64,000 nucleotides of DNA from Tubulanus polymorphus (Eukaryota > Animalia > Nemertea). Below the pieces are notes generated by a model, which searched no databases, was not told the DNA's origin, and saw only the letters and a program-made list of their open reading frames with translations. Shown here piece after piece: positions 43,629 to 59,915 of this stretch. Location: positions 30,670,299 to 30,734,298 of the forward strand of contig NC_134025.1 of NCBI RefSeq assembly GCF_964204645.1, in the 5' to 3' direction. Numbering within the stretch: position 1 is the stretch's first letter; every line of letters begins with the position of its first letter. The position numbers and the translations under genes were made by a program.

Positions 43629-45884
43629 GTGGATATTCACCGTCCACCGTCGTCGTGTTTCTTCGGTGTAGACTTCAAGACCTCTCAGTTCTTGGTTAAA
43701 TTCGACATTTCAGCGTTGAATTAATTCATTTTCAAATCTGAACTCTTGATTCAGAGAAATCAGTATGAAATGCCGTGTAATACAGGAACTCGCCCGTCGG
43801 AGCTGAGTATCCGCGGTTTCGAGGGTGAATTCTTAAATTAAACCAGAGAAAACACAATTTGCTAGAATTCTTTGGAAATAATAATTCACTAATTGTCTTG
43901 TAAATTAACTATAATTCAATTTGTGCTACGTAGCTGCTTTGAATACTCGGGGCCTTATAGAGTTAGAGTCGTGACTCTGAAGCAGGTCACGTGTCCGTCC
44001 GTATTCCCTCAAATCGTCGTGTCATTTTTTTTTTCAAAAATTGCATTTCTATTAATTTTATTTTGTACCGGTATGTCGACTATTTCTATAGATAACGCTT
44101 TTATAATGAAAATATGTTGCAACAATTTTAAAATGAATGTAATATGTATATACGATATTTTTGCATGCAGAGAATCAGAATCATGTAAATGATATTTAAA
44201 AGCCATCACAGATCGATGGCCCCCTCTCTGTTTGAAAGCTCGATCAGTGTATAAATGGCAGTAAAACTGTTTTATAGAACCCACGATGTAACTGTGTTGT
44301 GAACAAAATCAATTAGCCAGGAAATTATATGATTATATTATATACATATATGTACTAATTAAATGCTTTTTATATACACAACTGTACGAATCACTTTGGT
44401 TGTTTCTTCATTTCGTCAAGATCTTCCGCTACCTGGAATCAGCTATAACCCCTGTAGACAGCATGAGCTATTACATCGATAATTACAATAATTTGGAGAA
44501 AAGCACCGTTTTCTGTGAAAAAAGGAGAAAACTCTAGTGACGAATCGGTGAATAATGTTTTTGAAGTGTTGTCACATCTTTCAATTAATTCTGTACCGTA
44601 TTTCATTGATAATCATAACAGCATCACTAAGAATGATAAGAGCGAGGAGATCGGAGAGATGAGAGAGGAGAGAGGAGAGCAGCGAGAAGAGAGAGGAGAG
44701 AGAGAAGGAGGGAGGTCCCTATCTATGATTCACTAATGTCGCTGTCAGAAAGCAGTTCATGCATTTTTTATATATTGAGCGATCGATAATCTAATCCAGC
44801 AAATCTGATCACTGATGACATTTGTCGTCGTGGAGAAAGTGCTCTGAGATAACAGTGAGTGATGGTCACTTGCAGAGCAGGGGTTAGAGAGGGGTCGGGT
44901 AACTCACAGACAGACAGAGCAGGGATGAGAGACTAGTCGGGTAGCTTACTGACAGAAACAGAAAAGGGGTGGCAGAGGTCAATCCAGCGCTGATTAGAGG
45001 AATCAGAGTTGGAGTTTGCAGTCTCTGAGTCTGCAGGAGTGACCTGATGGTCAACTCATCTGACTCAGCCAGAGTGTGAATCGTGTGAAGATGGCTGAGA
45101 TCAATCTCTGAGTCGGAGTGAATGGTCAACTCATCTCAGGCAGACCAGGGTCTTGCGTCTCTGAATCGGGTGTGGGGCACTGGTAAGTTTCTGACTATAT
45201 GCTACAGACTCACTGCGCTAGGTGAATGACCAGTCTGTTGACTCGGGGTGTCACTCCGACTATACTACAGACACGCTGAGCTGTGAGAATGACCTGTCTG
45301 TTATGTCTGGTACTGCGAGAAATCTCTGATAATCTGATGCATTGTCACGTTTATGATGCTGTTATTTGCCAAATGTCACAATTTATCAAACTGTAAATTT
45401 GTGTGCGGCGCGCAGTTGCTAGTCACGTGTTCTCTCAGCGCTCAGAGAGGTCATTTCCTTCGCAATTCAAGAAAAAATTCGACAATGCACAAAAAAATGT
45501 TTGAGCGCTATCTTTTATTCGATATTCACTCATGAATATTGGGGTACCGGAAAATATCAGCTCAATGAAACTTTTTGTTCACCTTTTTACTTTTGAGTTC
45601 TAGGATTCTATCTTGTATTATCGTCACAACCCGGCCATTAATTTTAAGTGTTTCATGATTCAGTTGAAAAGTTAATCTTAAGAAACTGGATCCACAGCAG
45701 CCTTCCACGTGTGTTCCTTCTCTTGATTCTGCCAGCAAGAAGTCTCTTTAGAATAATTACCTTTTCTCCGGATAGAAAAGATTAAGAAAACTTAAGAAAA
45801 AGAAAAGAAACCGTAATATATAATATTCAATGAAGCATATATTTATTTTCACATTACAGTCAATATATCTTTGTACAATATACG

Positions 45885-45958
45885 GGGAGGATTGAGGAGG
45901 ATTGAGGAGGATTGAGGAGGATCGAGGAGGATTGAGGAGGATTGAGGAGGATTGAGGA
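45885..45958. repeat. (GGAGGATTGA)n 10-bp repeat
   Basis: Directly visible, ~7 copies. Confidence 0.9.
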
Positions 45959-47659
45959 ACAAGTATATTTCATTATCATAACAATGTTTCTAAGAGTTCT
46001 AAACTGTGGTTATAGTTATCGGTACAATTCTTTATACTTTTTTTTTTTTTACAAAAAAAGGTTAATTTACAGTAAAACTGTACACATTTAGACACGTTAA
46101 CATCCACTAGTCTGATCTACACACTTATCTCTCACATTCTCCTCATTACTACAAATGCATTTTATTGATCATTTTGAAATAAACTATGTGAATAATGGTT
46201 GGTATTTTTGATATATCGATATCAGAGAAATGAAAGCCGGTTACATAAAGCGAAGCTGCGCCTGGTTTCAAAGCTCCTCAACCGCTGGGAACATTTCAAA
46301 AGGTTCCCAGGGATTATCTCCACATCTATGAAATTCAGCCACGGATTATCATCGATATAGGATCAGAATAAACACGAGTAGAGATTCTGTAGAATAGCAG
46401 ACGATTATACTTCAGCGCCATCTATAAATTCGGCTAGATACTAATAGCCATTTTTTTCAATCCTAAACTTATTTACATCATTTATATACAAAAATAACAA
46501 GCAAAATATAACGTAATTTGCGCATTATTATGCATTCAATATCATACTTTACATGTCAGTTACACGTACATGATAATTATTGATCGTGAACCGTCATTTA
46601 GTTATTGTGGTTTTGAGTGAAATTGGTTCATTTTGAATCATTATCTCCAGTCATTATTCATACAACGTTCTGCATCGAACCGGATTCACAACAATCGAAG
46701 TATCATGAGTCACCATGAAATATATCTCAACTAGAACGAACAATGTCAATAGAGGTTCAGGTTTACAATACACTTCAAACAAAGCAGCAGTATTGAGAGA
46801 GAGCTCCCTAGCATAGAGAGGAGAGGGGGGGGGGTAAGAGACAGCACCCTGTAGCAGAAGAGAGGGAGAGAAGTAGAGGGGGGTTCAATAAAAACATGTA
46901 ATCATTAAAGCTTTATACATACTGCGCTGATCAATAGCAGAATCTATTAACAAAATATTTGTTCATTTTAATATCGTTCAAACTTTGAGAAGAATTCACA
47001 GTAAAAACATTACAAAAACCTACCGATCACAGAAATCATTTAATCATCGTAATAATTCATTCCTCTAATAGATCGAACTAGATTTCATATCAACTTTCAC
47101 GAGTTATGATTAAATGCATCACTATAGAATCTAACCTGAATACGTAGAGTTAACTACAGCAGAATACCGGCTCAACATCATCACAGGTTAAACAGAAAAA
47201 CATTAATTCAACCAATCACAATGCAGTAATTCTGATCGAATACTCTCACACATCGAGTCATGCTATCAATATTATTTTACTAATATTTACAAAGGTTTAT
47301 TTACATGTTTTATGGCAACAACAGCAATTTCTGTAAACATCGGGATCCAATTCGGCAATTCCAGGTTCAGTTTGACGATACATTTAGAATCAGTTCATAT
47401 CCGATGTTCCTACCTCAGGAGGCTAAGTCTATCTGTGAACTGGATCCAGAAACAAAACTAACTGATAATCAGACAACACAGTATTTAACGTATTTACTAT
47501 TGTATCTAGAATGTATTTAACATGTATTCGTTATGATTTATATTCATATTAAACACGTATGATGATTTTTAGTTTGTTAATTTTTTTGGGCGAGGGGGAT
47601 AGGGCGGGGAGAGGCTTCATAATTGTCTATATCATAACAGGAGAATAAATGTACATAAA

Positions 47660-47660
47660 C

Positions 47661-47706
<46 letters not shown>
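47660..47706. repeat. (AAT)n microsatellite in the REPS1 3' UTR
   Basis: Directly visible. Confidence 0.9.
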
Positions 47707-47709
<3 letters not shown>

Positions 47710-47736
47710 CAGAGAATTGAATGATTGATGATAGAA

Positions 47737-50700
47737 TCAGCTCGAGAACGGTCGAAGATGTTCCAATTGTATTTCTATTCCTATTCGTTGTTCCATAACT
47801 TCTTGTAATTCTTGATTCAATTCTCCGTTTAAACGCGATAGCACAGTGTTGCGTTCCCGTTGACGACGTATCGCAGCTTGCAGATCTTGTTTATCTTTAC
47901 TTATTTGCCTGAAAATCAGAGGATAAAATTCAGAAACATTCATCGCACAAATAAAGCATATCATTCGATGGCGGTGGGTGAGAAAATACGATGCAGTCAG
48001 TATCGATAGTGTTCTCAGGTTTATCATGGTTATCCGGAATCTGGTCAGATGTAAGCAGCACAGATTTCAAAGGACATGATTTTTACATCATAGTTGCAGT
48101 ACTGCATCAAGTTCCACAGTTATAGAGTAACTGACTGTTCAGAACTGTGAAATTAGGATCAAGGGCGAACATGCCAAGTTCCACAGTTATAGAGTAACTG
48201 ACTGTTCAAAATCAAAAGCTTTAACAATCAATTGATAACTCAGAACTGTGAAACTGGGATCGAGGGTGAACACGACATTCTATAAATCTTGATTGTACCC
48301 CATTCACCCAAATTTAATATCTACTATCCTCAGTTATCTAACAGCCTCGATTATCCCCCAACGATATAATACATTGATTGGTCTCAACAGTGGCTGATAA
48401 TCGACTGTAGATGGCTGAACAATGCACACATACCGAGCTTGTTTTTCTATTTCTTCTTGGTTTTCATCTTTACTTGGACTAGTGACCTATAAAAAACGGA
48501 ATGGAATTTCACTATAGCAAACATTAACATACAGTAGAATAGGAGACCATTGAATGAATCGTATATCGATATAATAACATACATTCATTTCAGTCGTTAA
48601 TACTGTAGATACCGTATCTGAAATTAGAAAATAACAGGAAACTTTCAAATTCTCAAATTTCATACAAAAACTCATTACGAAAACATCTACAAAATACTAT
48701 CGAAATTACCTCCTGTTATATCCGATGATTTCTGGTTACCCCCAGGAGCCTGAAATTTAAATATACAAATCGGTTTATTTATCATTACATTATTGTCTTT
48801 ATGTTATTGATTTAAACATGCATCATCTACAATAGCCAGAACTGACCAGTCATTTATTTCTTTAACGCAGTAGTTTTCAACACAAATTACAGTAGTTTAT
48901 CATCAAAAATAGTGGTTTAATCAACAACGAACTAGAAATAAATCTGATTTTGAGCACATTTTTTCAATGTTATTTTTAGAGTAATTGAGTTCTAAAAATA
49001 GAAATAACTACTCTCAGTCAGATCTGAATATCAGTACCAGTAAAACATGTGAAATAAATAGCGATCTAAATATATCAATCAGTGACGATCAATCATGCTG
49101 TTAATTGAACAACTCTCCATCAATCTGAATAAATATTCCACAAGCTGAATAAAGCGATGTGCATGGCAGCCATATTATCAGCTTTTATTTCGACAAAAAA
49201 CATTAAATTCCATTTCTTAAAATTAACATATGACAAAAAATCAAATGAAACTACAGTAGACTGAGCTGTACTCGGTACCAGTCAACTCAATGTTACTTAA
49301 ATCTTGTTCATTCGTTTTCCCTGATTCTCTGGTCACCTCAGGGAAATAATCTCAATACTAAGTTCCTCAACCCTTAACTCTCAGCACTACCGAGGAGTAA
49401 GGCAGAGTCTACTGTACATTGATCCCTGATTCTCAACTCATTCTCAGCGCTACCGAGTTCCCTGATTCTCAACTCAGTCTCAGCGCTACCGAGTTCCCTG
49501 ATTCTCAACTCAGTCTCAGCGCTACCGAGTTCCCTGATTCTCAACTCAGTCTCAGCGCTACCGAGTTCCCTGATTCTCGACTCAGTCTCAGCGCTACCGA
49601 GTTCCCTAATTCTCAACTCAGAGTCTCAGCGCTACCGAGTTCCCTGATTCTCAACTCAGAGTCTCAGCGCTACCGAGTTCCCTGATTCTCAACTCAGTCT
49701 CAGCGCTACCGAGTTCCCTGATTCTCAACTCAGTCTCAGCGCTACCGAGTTCCCTGATTCTCAACTCAGTCTCAGCGCTACCGAGTTCCCTGATTCTCAA
49801 CTCAGTCTCAGCGCTACCGAGTTCCCTGATTCTCAACTCAGTCTCAGCGCTACCGAGGAGTAAGGCAGAGTCTGCTGTACATTGATCATTCATCTAAATC
49901 ATTCATAAAGCATTTACGTAGAACCGTATAATGAAACCCAGTGAATTTAAAAACTATAATGACTACAAAGAGAGAGAGAGGCGTGAGTGATGTGTGTGTG
50001 TGTGCATCATAAGCTATCAGCGTAGAGCACTTACAAACAGACGATTCTCATGTAACGGTTCTGAACCGCGTTTATGAATAAATCGCGTAGCCGCGACGCA
50101 CGGTAACGGTTCAGACGCACGTTTAAATCGACGCGCGAGATGCACTCGACTCTCGGAGTCGACTGACGACTGCCAACTGGGGTCGCTCTGTTGAGTGAAG
50201 AGCTGACGATTAATTACCTGAACAAATTAATCGAATCATTTAAATCACACTCTCATCTCATCTATTATATATATAAAAGTTAATAGTACTTACATCTCTA
50301 GGTGAAGCTCTAGGTGGAACTGCCGGGGGTGGCGCTAAATGTCCAAAACTACTACCACCAACTGAAATTATTCATAAAATATTCTTAATATAATATCACA
50401 ACATTGTTTTGTGTATGCCGCACCCCTCCCAGACAATCAACATTTTAGCAGTGAAGTCTAGAAGATCTGAATTTCCATTGTGAGGTGATGTTATCTTTGG
50501 GGGTCAGGCCTTAGGTCCAAACAGAGACCTGGTGAAGTATTGGCCGTAAGTTGATAGTGAAGGGGTAAAGACAACAGGTGCCAGTTTTTAGACTGGTATC
50601 ATCTCAATTGAAAGAAATTGAGTTTATATAAAACCGACTCCAGTTTGTCTGATGGGGCTGGGTGTGTACAGTCAGCTGACTCACTGGTGAATTAGGGGCG

Positions 50701-53700
50701 AGTGAATATAAATTACCTGACTGTGCCTTCTTCGGGGTTGGTCTCGGTCTGCCTTGTAGCGGTGTTAAGTATTTAGCGTGCGGGTCCTCGCCATCTACAG
50801 TACTAGAACGCTGTCGAGTCGGGCTGAGAACATTCTCCTGCTGCGGGTAATAATCACTAACAGTAGGATCTACAAACACACAACAACAAAAAATACAGTC
50901 AAACTACATTAATTGATTATTTCATCGGATGAGTTCAATTCAATATTAAGCAGACATTTGTATAACTCATAAACATAATGATCGTCACAACAATGATGAA
51001 TTTAAACATCAGTACCTGAAAACGTTCTTGATCTTTCAAACAGTTCATTAGGAGGAATAGGAACCCCATCAGGAGACATTCTTACAGCTACTGGATGAGC
51101 TATTTTACAATCCTACAATATACGTATCAAATTACATCGACTTCAGTTGTGATATTTATCAAATGTGAAATGATTTGACACGAGATGAAGTAACTCACGG
51201 GATCTGATAATGTCACTGGTTTAAACTCAAAATTCACAGGTTTAGTTCCTGGTGAAGATACAGCACTGGATGATGGTGATTCTGGTGGAAAATTGGTTGC
51301 CCACTGTTCATAAAAAGGACAACATACTTTGAGAGTTATGATTTCTGATATTTTCAGTATTTTGCTGTTTTAATTAGGCACAACTTCTCAACTGTACCTG
51401 ATTTGGCTGATTTTGAACTTCAGTTGGAGTATGACGTTTTAATGTGCTACCAGGAGGCAGATCAGCAGCAAATGGTTCATCTATAATCAAATTACAACAT
51501 TAGCACTGCACATAGGTAAATAGTTGATAACAACATGATAATCTTTTGAGCCTAAAATCCATATAAAATATGCTCATGATACTACCAACCAAAAATTGAA
51601 AGCTTTGACGAACAAACGAGTTTTGAGAGTTGATTCTAACTCACCGTTTACTAATGGTGTATATGGCATCAATGACGCTGGCAATTTATCAGGAATTTCA
51701 ACTTCATTTCTACGTAACACGACCAAATGCATAGCTGTACAAAATTCATCTAACGACAAAGCGCCATCTTTATTTACATCGGATAATTGCCTGTCAATCA
51801 AAACATTATCAATTAGCGATTGCGATCGAAGAAATAAATAAGCGATCACACACTATAGTTACGCGTACCATATTTTTGACAGTTCAACTACGGGTAATTT
51901 TGACTTCTCAAAGAATTCTTTGGCTCTAGCACCTGAAATATAAAAACAGTTACGAGAATAAACATATCGCAAACATTAGAGTAACAATCCTTACAATCTA
52001 TAACATATGATCATCTATCAGGAACTAATTCCACTGTTTCTTTTTCAAAGTCGACTAAAACATTGCAAATAAAGTAATTATAACTGTAGATTCGAGAAAC
52101 GCGGAACTGGATCACAGTAATACATCTTACCTATAATAACTCCTGTTAAATCAGACTGCATTGATTTGAACTGATTCAGATAATACTCTCTTTGTTCATC
52201 GGTTATCGTCCACACGTCGTCGATACTCTCCGCTTCAGAACTCGTTATAGATGATGTATCGGCTTTATTGTGATCACCAGCGCCCCCTACACCTACTTCA
52301 AACTGTGCCCAGTCTTTACGGTCTTGACTAATTAAACCTGATTTATGAAATACGTATAAATTACAACAAAAACTAGCTTCAAAATCGTTCAGAAATCAAC
52401 AATCTGCTTTCTGCAGCATAGACAGCAGACTGTCTAATGCATCATCGCCTCAGACAATCTGCTGTCTGTATCCAGCACCCCTCAGACAATCTGCTGTCTG
52501 TATCCTGCACAACCACAGACTATTTGCTGTCTGTACCCTACACCCCCTCAGACAATCTGCTGTCTGTATCCTGCACCCCTTAAGACAATCTGTTGATTTT
52601 ACCTTGACTGTCTTCATCTTCAAACGAAGTCCAACCTTTCTCTAGTTTTTGTTGTCCACTCGCAGCATCGTGATATGAAGAATTATTATACGTCGCCGAT
52701 GAGTTATTACTGTGTATTTGTGCGGGCATTGATTGTTGCTTCATGTAACCGTGGCGACGATGAGAACCCGGCGATACGACGGGGCTGTCTTTAGGCGAAG
52801 AAAAGGGAGGCGATTTACTCGCGTGTGGTGATGCCCCTCGTGAATTCGTCTGCAAATAAGAGGAAAATCCATCGATATTTTAAACCCACTCTACAAGAGA
52901 ACTTGTGATCTGTGGAACTGGGTCCAGTTAGTGTTTTAACATTCTACCTGCACCGATGTTTGTTGTTGCTGTTGAGAATTATCAGGAATATTTGGAACTC
53001 CTCGATGAGCCGAATAAGATCGACTATGTTGTCTCACTGGAGGGGGTGGAAGGCCACCGGACTGGGTCGATCCTACCGGAGGGGGTGGTAGGCCACCAGA
53101 CTGCGTTGGTCCAATTGTTTGATGTTGTTGAAGGTTTATCACATTTCTGAAATAAGGAGAAAAAAAGTCATGAATGTGTGGAATGGGAAGATAGGATTCA
53201 GAGGAGTGGATAGAAGGGGAAGATGAAGAATGGATAGAAGGGGAAGATGAAGAATGGATAGAAGGGGAAGATGAAGAATGGATAGAAGGGGAAGATGAAG
53301 AATGGATAGAAGGGGAAGATGAGGAATGGATAGAAGGGGAAGATGAAGAATGGATAGAAGGGGAAGATGAAGAATGGATAGAAGGGGAAGATGAAGAATG
53401 GATAGAAGGGGAAGATGAAGAATGGATAGAAGGGGAAGATGAAGAATGGATAGAAGGGGAAGATGAAGAATGGATAGAAGGGGAAGATGAAGAATGGATA
53501 GAAGGGGAAGATGAAGAATGGATATTTACCGATCATGTTCAGGTTGGTTCAACACTGAGTATGTATTTCTCATCCATTCTGAAATAAATTCACAGGATAA
53601 ATTTCATCATCAAACAAATAGAGATTACAGACAAAATGAATGAGAAATGAGTCACAGTTTTCACCTTCAGACTGGCAATTAAACTTTGGAAGTGGAATGT

Positions 53701-54450
53701 CTATCCCTGTAAAAATTAACATAATTCATCAGCGTCTGTTCATAGTAAATCATCTTAAATCATTGAATTTGAACTGGGTTGATTCTTTACCTGAACCAAA
53801 TGTTTCCAAAGATACAGGAAGCCCGCATTGAGCAACAGCTATCAGTTTCAGAGCGATATAAAACTGACTGCGTCCAAAGTGACCTAATCTTTTAGCGCCG
53901 CATAATTCAGCCACCTACCAAATAAAATTAATTACGAATCATTGAAAATGATCCATTGAAAGGATTTAAATATTGAAAACTTTCTGCAAGAACACAGTTT
54001 TTAATGTTAACTTCCCCCGTCTGGGGGATAGCATGGGAACATCTAAATTTCACTTCAGTTGCTTTGACTCTCTTCGGTCAGAAACATATGACACAAACAG
54101 ATCGAGGAAGCTTCTGAGATTTCCAATCCATTACAAGCATGTCTCGGTCTCCGACTGCTGGGGGGGGGGGAGGAGGTGAGGAAATGCTAATGAGGTGGGG
54201 ACAGACCCCACACATGAAGATAATGATGTCTTCCCAATTACTTTTTAAATTGCATTAAAAAAATCAGAATTCGAAATTCGAGCAAATCGGTCCTACTTAC
54301 CTGAAATAACGTTTCATGAGGCAAACCGGACGTCAAAAATAATTCGGATGCTTTTACTCCGGGAATTTTAGCGCTGTTTTCTACATCGCACGCGTTGAAT
54401 AATTCACCGTAAACTCTTTGTTCCTGATCGGTTAATTTTATCGCATCCAT
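47737..54450 (-). CDS. REPS1: RalBP1-associated Eps domain-containing protein (REPS1/2 ortholog), multi-exon
   Basis: Exon 1 [18 protein letters not shown]...SGLP; exon 2 [27 protein letters not shown]; second EH domain [11 protein letters not shown]...[23 protein letters not shown]; Pro-rich PPPAVPPR; C-terminal coil [37 protein letters not shown]. Confidence 0.95.
49380..49887. repeat. Intronic minisatellite, 36-bp unit, ~12 copies, bracketed by 45-bp direct repeats
   Basis: Unit ctcagcgctaccgagttccctgattctcaactcagt. Direct repeats at 49380-49424 and 49843-49887. Confidence 0.95.
52400..52592. repeat. Minisatellite (cagacaatctgctgtctgta.cc family) in a REPS1 intron
   Basis: Same core as the 60430-61320 array, plus one inverted unit. 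Confidence 0.85.
53204..53524. repeat. Purine-rich minisatellite, 24-bp unit (gaatggatagaaggggaagatgaa), ~13 copies
   Basis: Directly visible. Explains the [11 protein letters not shown]. Confidence 0.95.
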
Positions 54451-54861
54451 TTCCGCAATTAATTACCAACTGTTCGCGGCTCTAATCAAAGAATATTGAA
54501 ATTATCACTAATTTATTGGTTTATTTCCTGAAAATCCCAACCCACGACCGCCATCATGGATTTTAGACTGATTACGCTGATTTCACTTCCGGGTTTTGGC
54601 AACCAGTCTCATTTAGCGCGGCCATTTCGTTATTTTCATATTTTTTCAAACAATATTTTCTATGCATATTTCATTTCACCATATTTTCAATACAGCTGGT
54701 GAAACCTAATGTTATTTGTTTATAACACAAAATGATAAATAAAATAATGTATATTGAATTGAATTGCGGAACCAGTCTCACCGAATTGGCGCTTTGCGCA
54801 TGTGCAAAGATTTGCCGGAAATTTTCTGTCGGTGCCAGATTTAAAACAGTTCACCACAAAC
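54451..54861. promoter_or_regulatory. Bidirectional promoter of REPS1 and RBBP4
   Basis: Divergent ATGs ~410 bp apart. ETS cacttccgg at 54584-54592, YY1-like gccat, NRF1-like tgcgcatgtgca at 54795-54806, E2F-like ttggcgc, and aaccagtctca twice (54601, 54770). Confidence 0.7.
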
Positions 54862-58410
<3,549 letters not shown>

Positions 58411-58595
58411 GTCTCTAAAACAGGACTACTATCCCCACCTATGAGCAGCAAACTACACTACCAGTAATTATTGTAAATAGATAAAGACATTCTCGTTAGT
58501 AAAGAACTCGTTGTTGTTATTATGAGTGAAACAGCTGCAGCAGCAGCAGATACTCAGTGACAGATTTTCAGCTGCAGCAGATACTGACAGGCTTT

Positions 58596-58626
<31 letters not shown>

Positions 58627-58766
58627 TACTGACAGGTTTTCAGAGTTCTGTTAAACACTGATTATGTGCAAGAAGAGACAAAAACTCAGCATTTCTTATG
58701 TGTATAAAATGAATATTGTGATTGATGATTCTGTTATTTGTAATTTGTACTGCAGTCGATTTGATC

Positions 58767-58772
58767 AATAAA
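58767..58772 (+). terminator. Candidate polyadenylation signal of RBBP4
   Basis: AATAAA ~360 nt after the stop codon. Confidence 0.45.
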
Positions 58773-59915
58773 TACATGTCTAAATATCTCTAAATACATC
58801 ATCAGTGTCATTGTTCGATTGTCGGAGCCTGTCGTCATTTCAAGATTCAACTACTAGTCATATTGAGAGACTTAGAACAGGTTTCTACCAAGAAAATGGG
58901 GACTTTTCATTAACAAAGTCCAGGAATTCTGTAAAACAAACCTATAAGAGGAATTGGTTGAGAGATTGTTTGATTGCGTGTGAAAATAATTAGTTTCTGA
59001 ATTGTGTATTTGATAAATTGAGCTTGTTGAAGAAGAGGGAAGAAGATATACGGGAGAAGTTGGAAGATCTACAATTATATTCACCCCAAACCTTCAAATA
59101 CGAGATGTTGGATTACATTCACCCCCAACCTTCAAATGCAAGGCCATTTGGACAAATCAAACAAATGGCAACCTGATGAAATCTAAGATTTCCTCCTGGA
59201 CCCAGAAAACTGCACTGATAATACAAATATCTAGAGCTGAGGGGAGACATTCAGATTGCAGTAACGATTCAAAAACGTCCTAATTATTTCATTCAAAAAT
59301 AAAACAATTGTGGGTTTATAATGAGGTCAATAAAATAGTGTTTGATTGATTTACTTGGATGCCACAGTGGAATCTGAACTGTCAAATGTTGCCTCTATAG
59401 ACACAATGTAAACTAACATGATACATGTACTGGTATGTCACAGTAGGAATGCTATCCTCAGCACCTGACAGTCAAGCCGCGACCCGACTCGAATAAAAAA
59501 GTTCTACTTCCTAAACACAACTGAATTGCCGCAATTAGTTCAACCTTTTTTTATTCTCAAATAAAAAAGTGAATTTATAATATTTCAGTCAACTGAAGTC
59601 AACATGCAGCCACTCTGATAGTAGAATGTATTTTATAATGGTTTCTTTTGTTAACTCAGAAATAAATTGTTACTTGCATGTAAGTTTAGTAGCATTTCCA
59701 TAAATATATGATACACATGAAACTCGTTATAACAAAAAAAAAAAAAAAAAACTAATTCTAAAGCAAAAAATTACCATAAATCCCTCGAGCTTGTTATAAT
59801 GAAGGTTTTGTATTTACAGAAAAAGCACAATTTTGATGGATACAAAAAATGCAAATGAATGATATTATTACATATTCTGACTAGAAAAAGCATATGAATA
59901 CTCAATAAGAGTGGA

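Noticed and set aside
44830-45310. GC-balanced segment with an 81-aa minus-strand ORF
   Set aside because: Built from decayed short duplications (gtcgggta, atggtcaactcatct, gaatgacc.gtctg); no protein similarity recognised.
49374-49893. ([12 protein letters not shown])n coiled-coil-like ORFs
   Set aside because: 36-bp satellite inside a REPS1 intron, without supporting splice sites.
53198-53536. (FFIFPFYP)n hydrophobic ORF
   Set aside because: Intronic 24-bp repeat.
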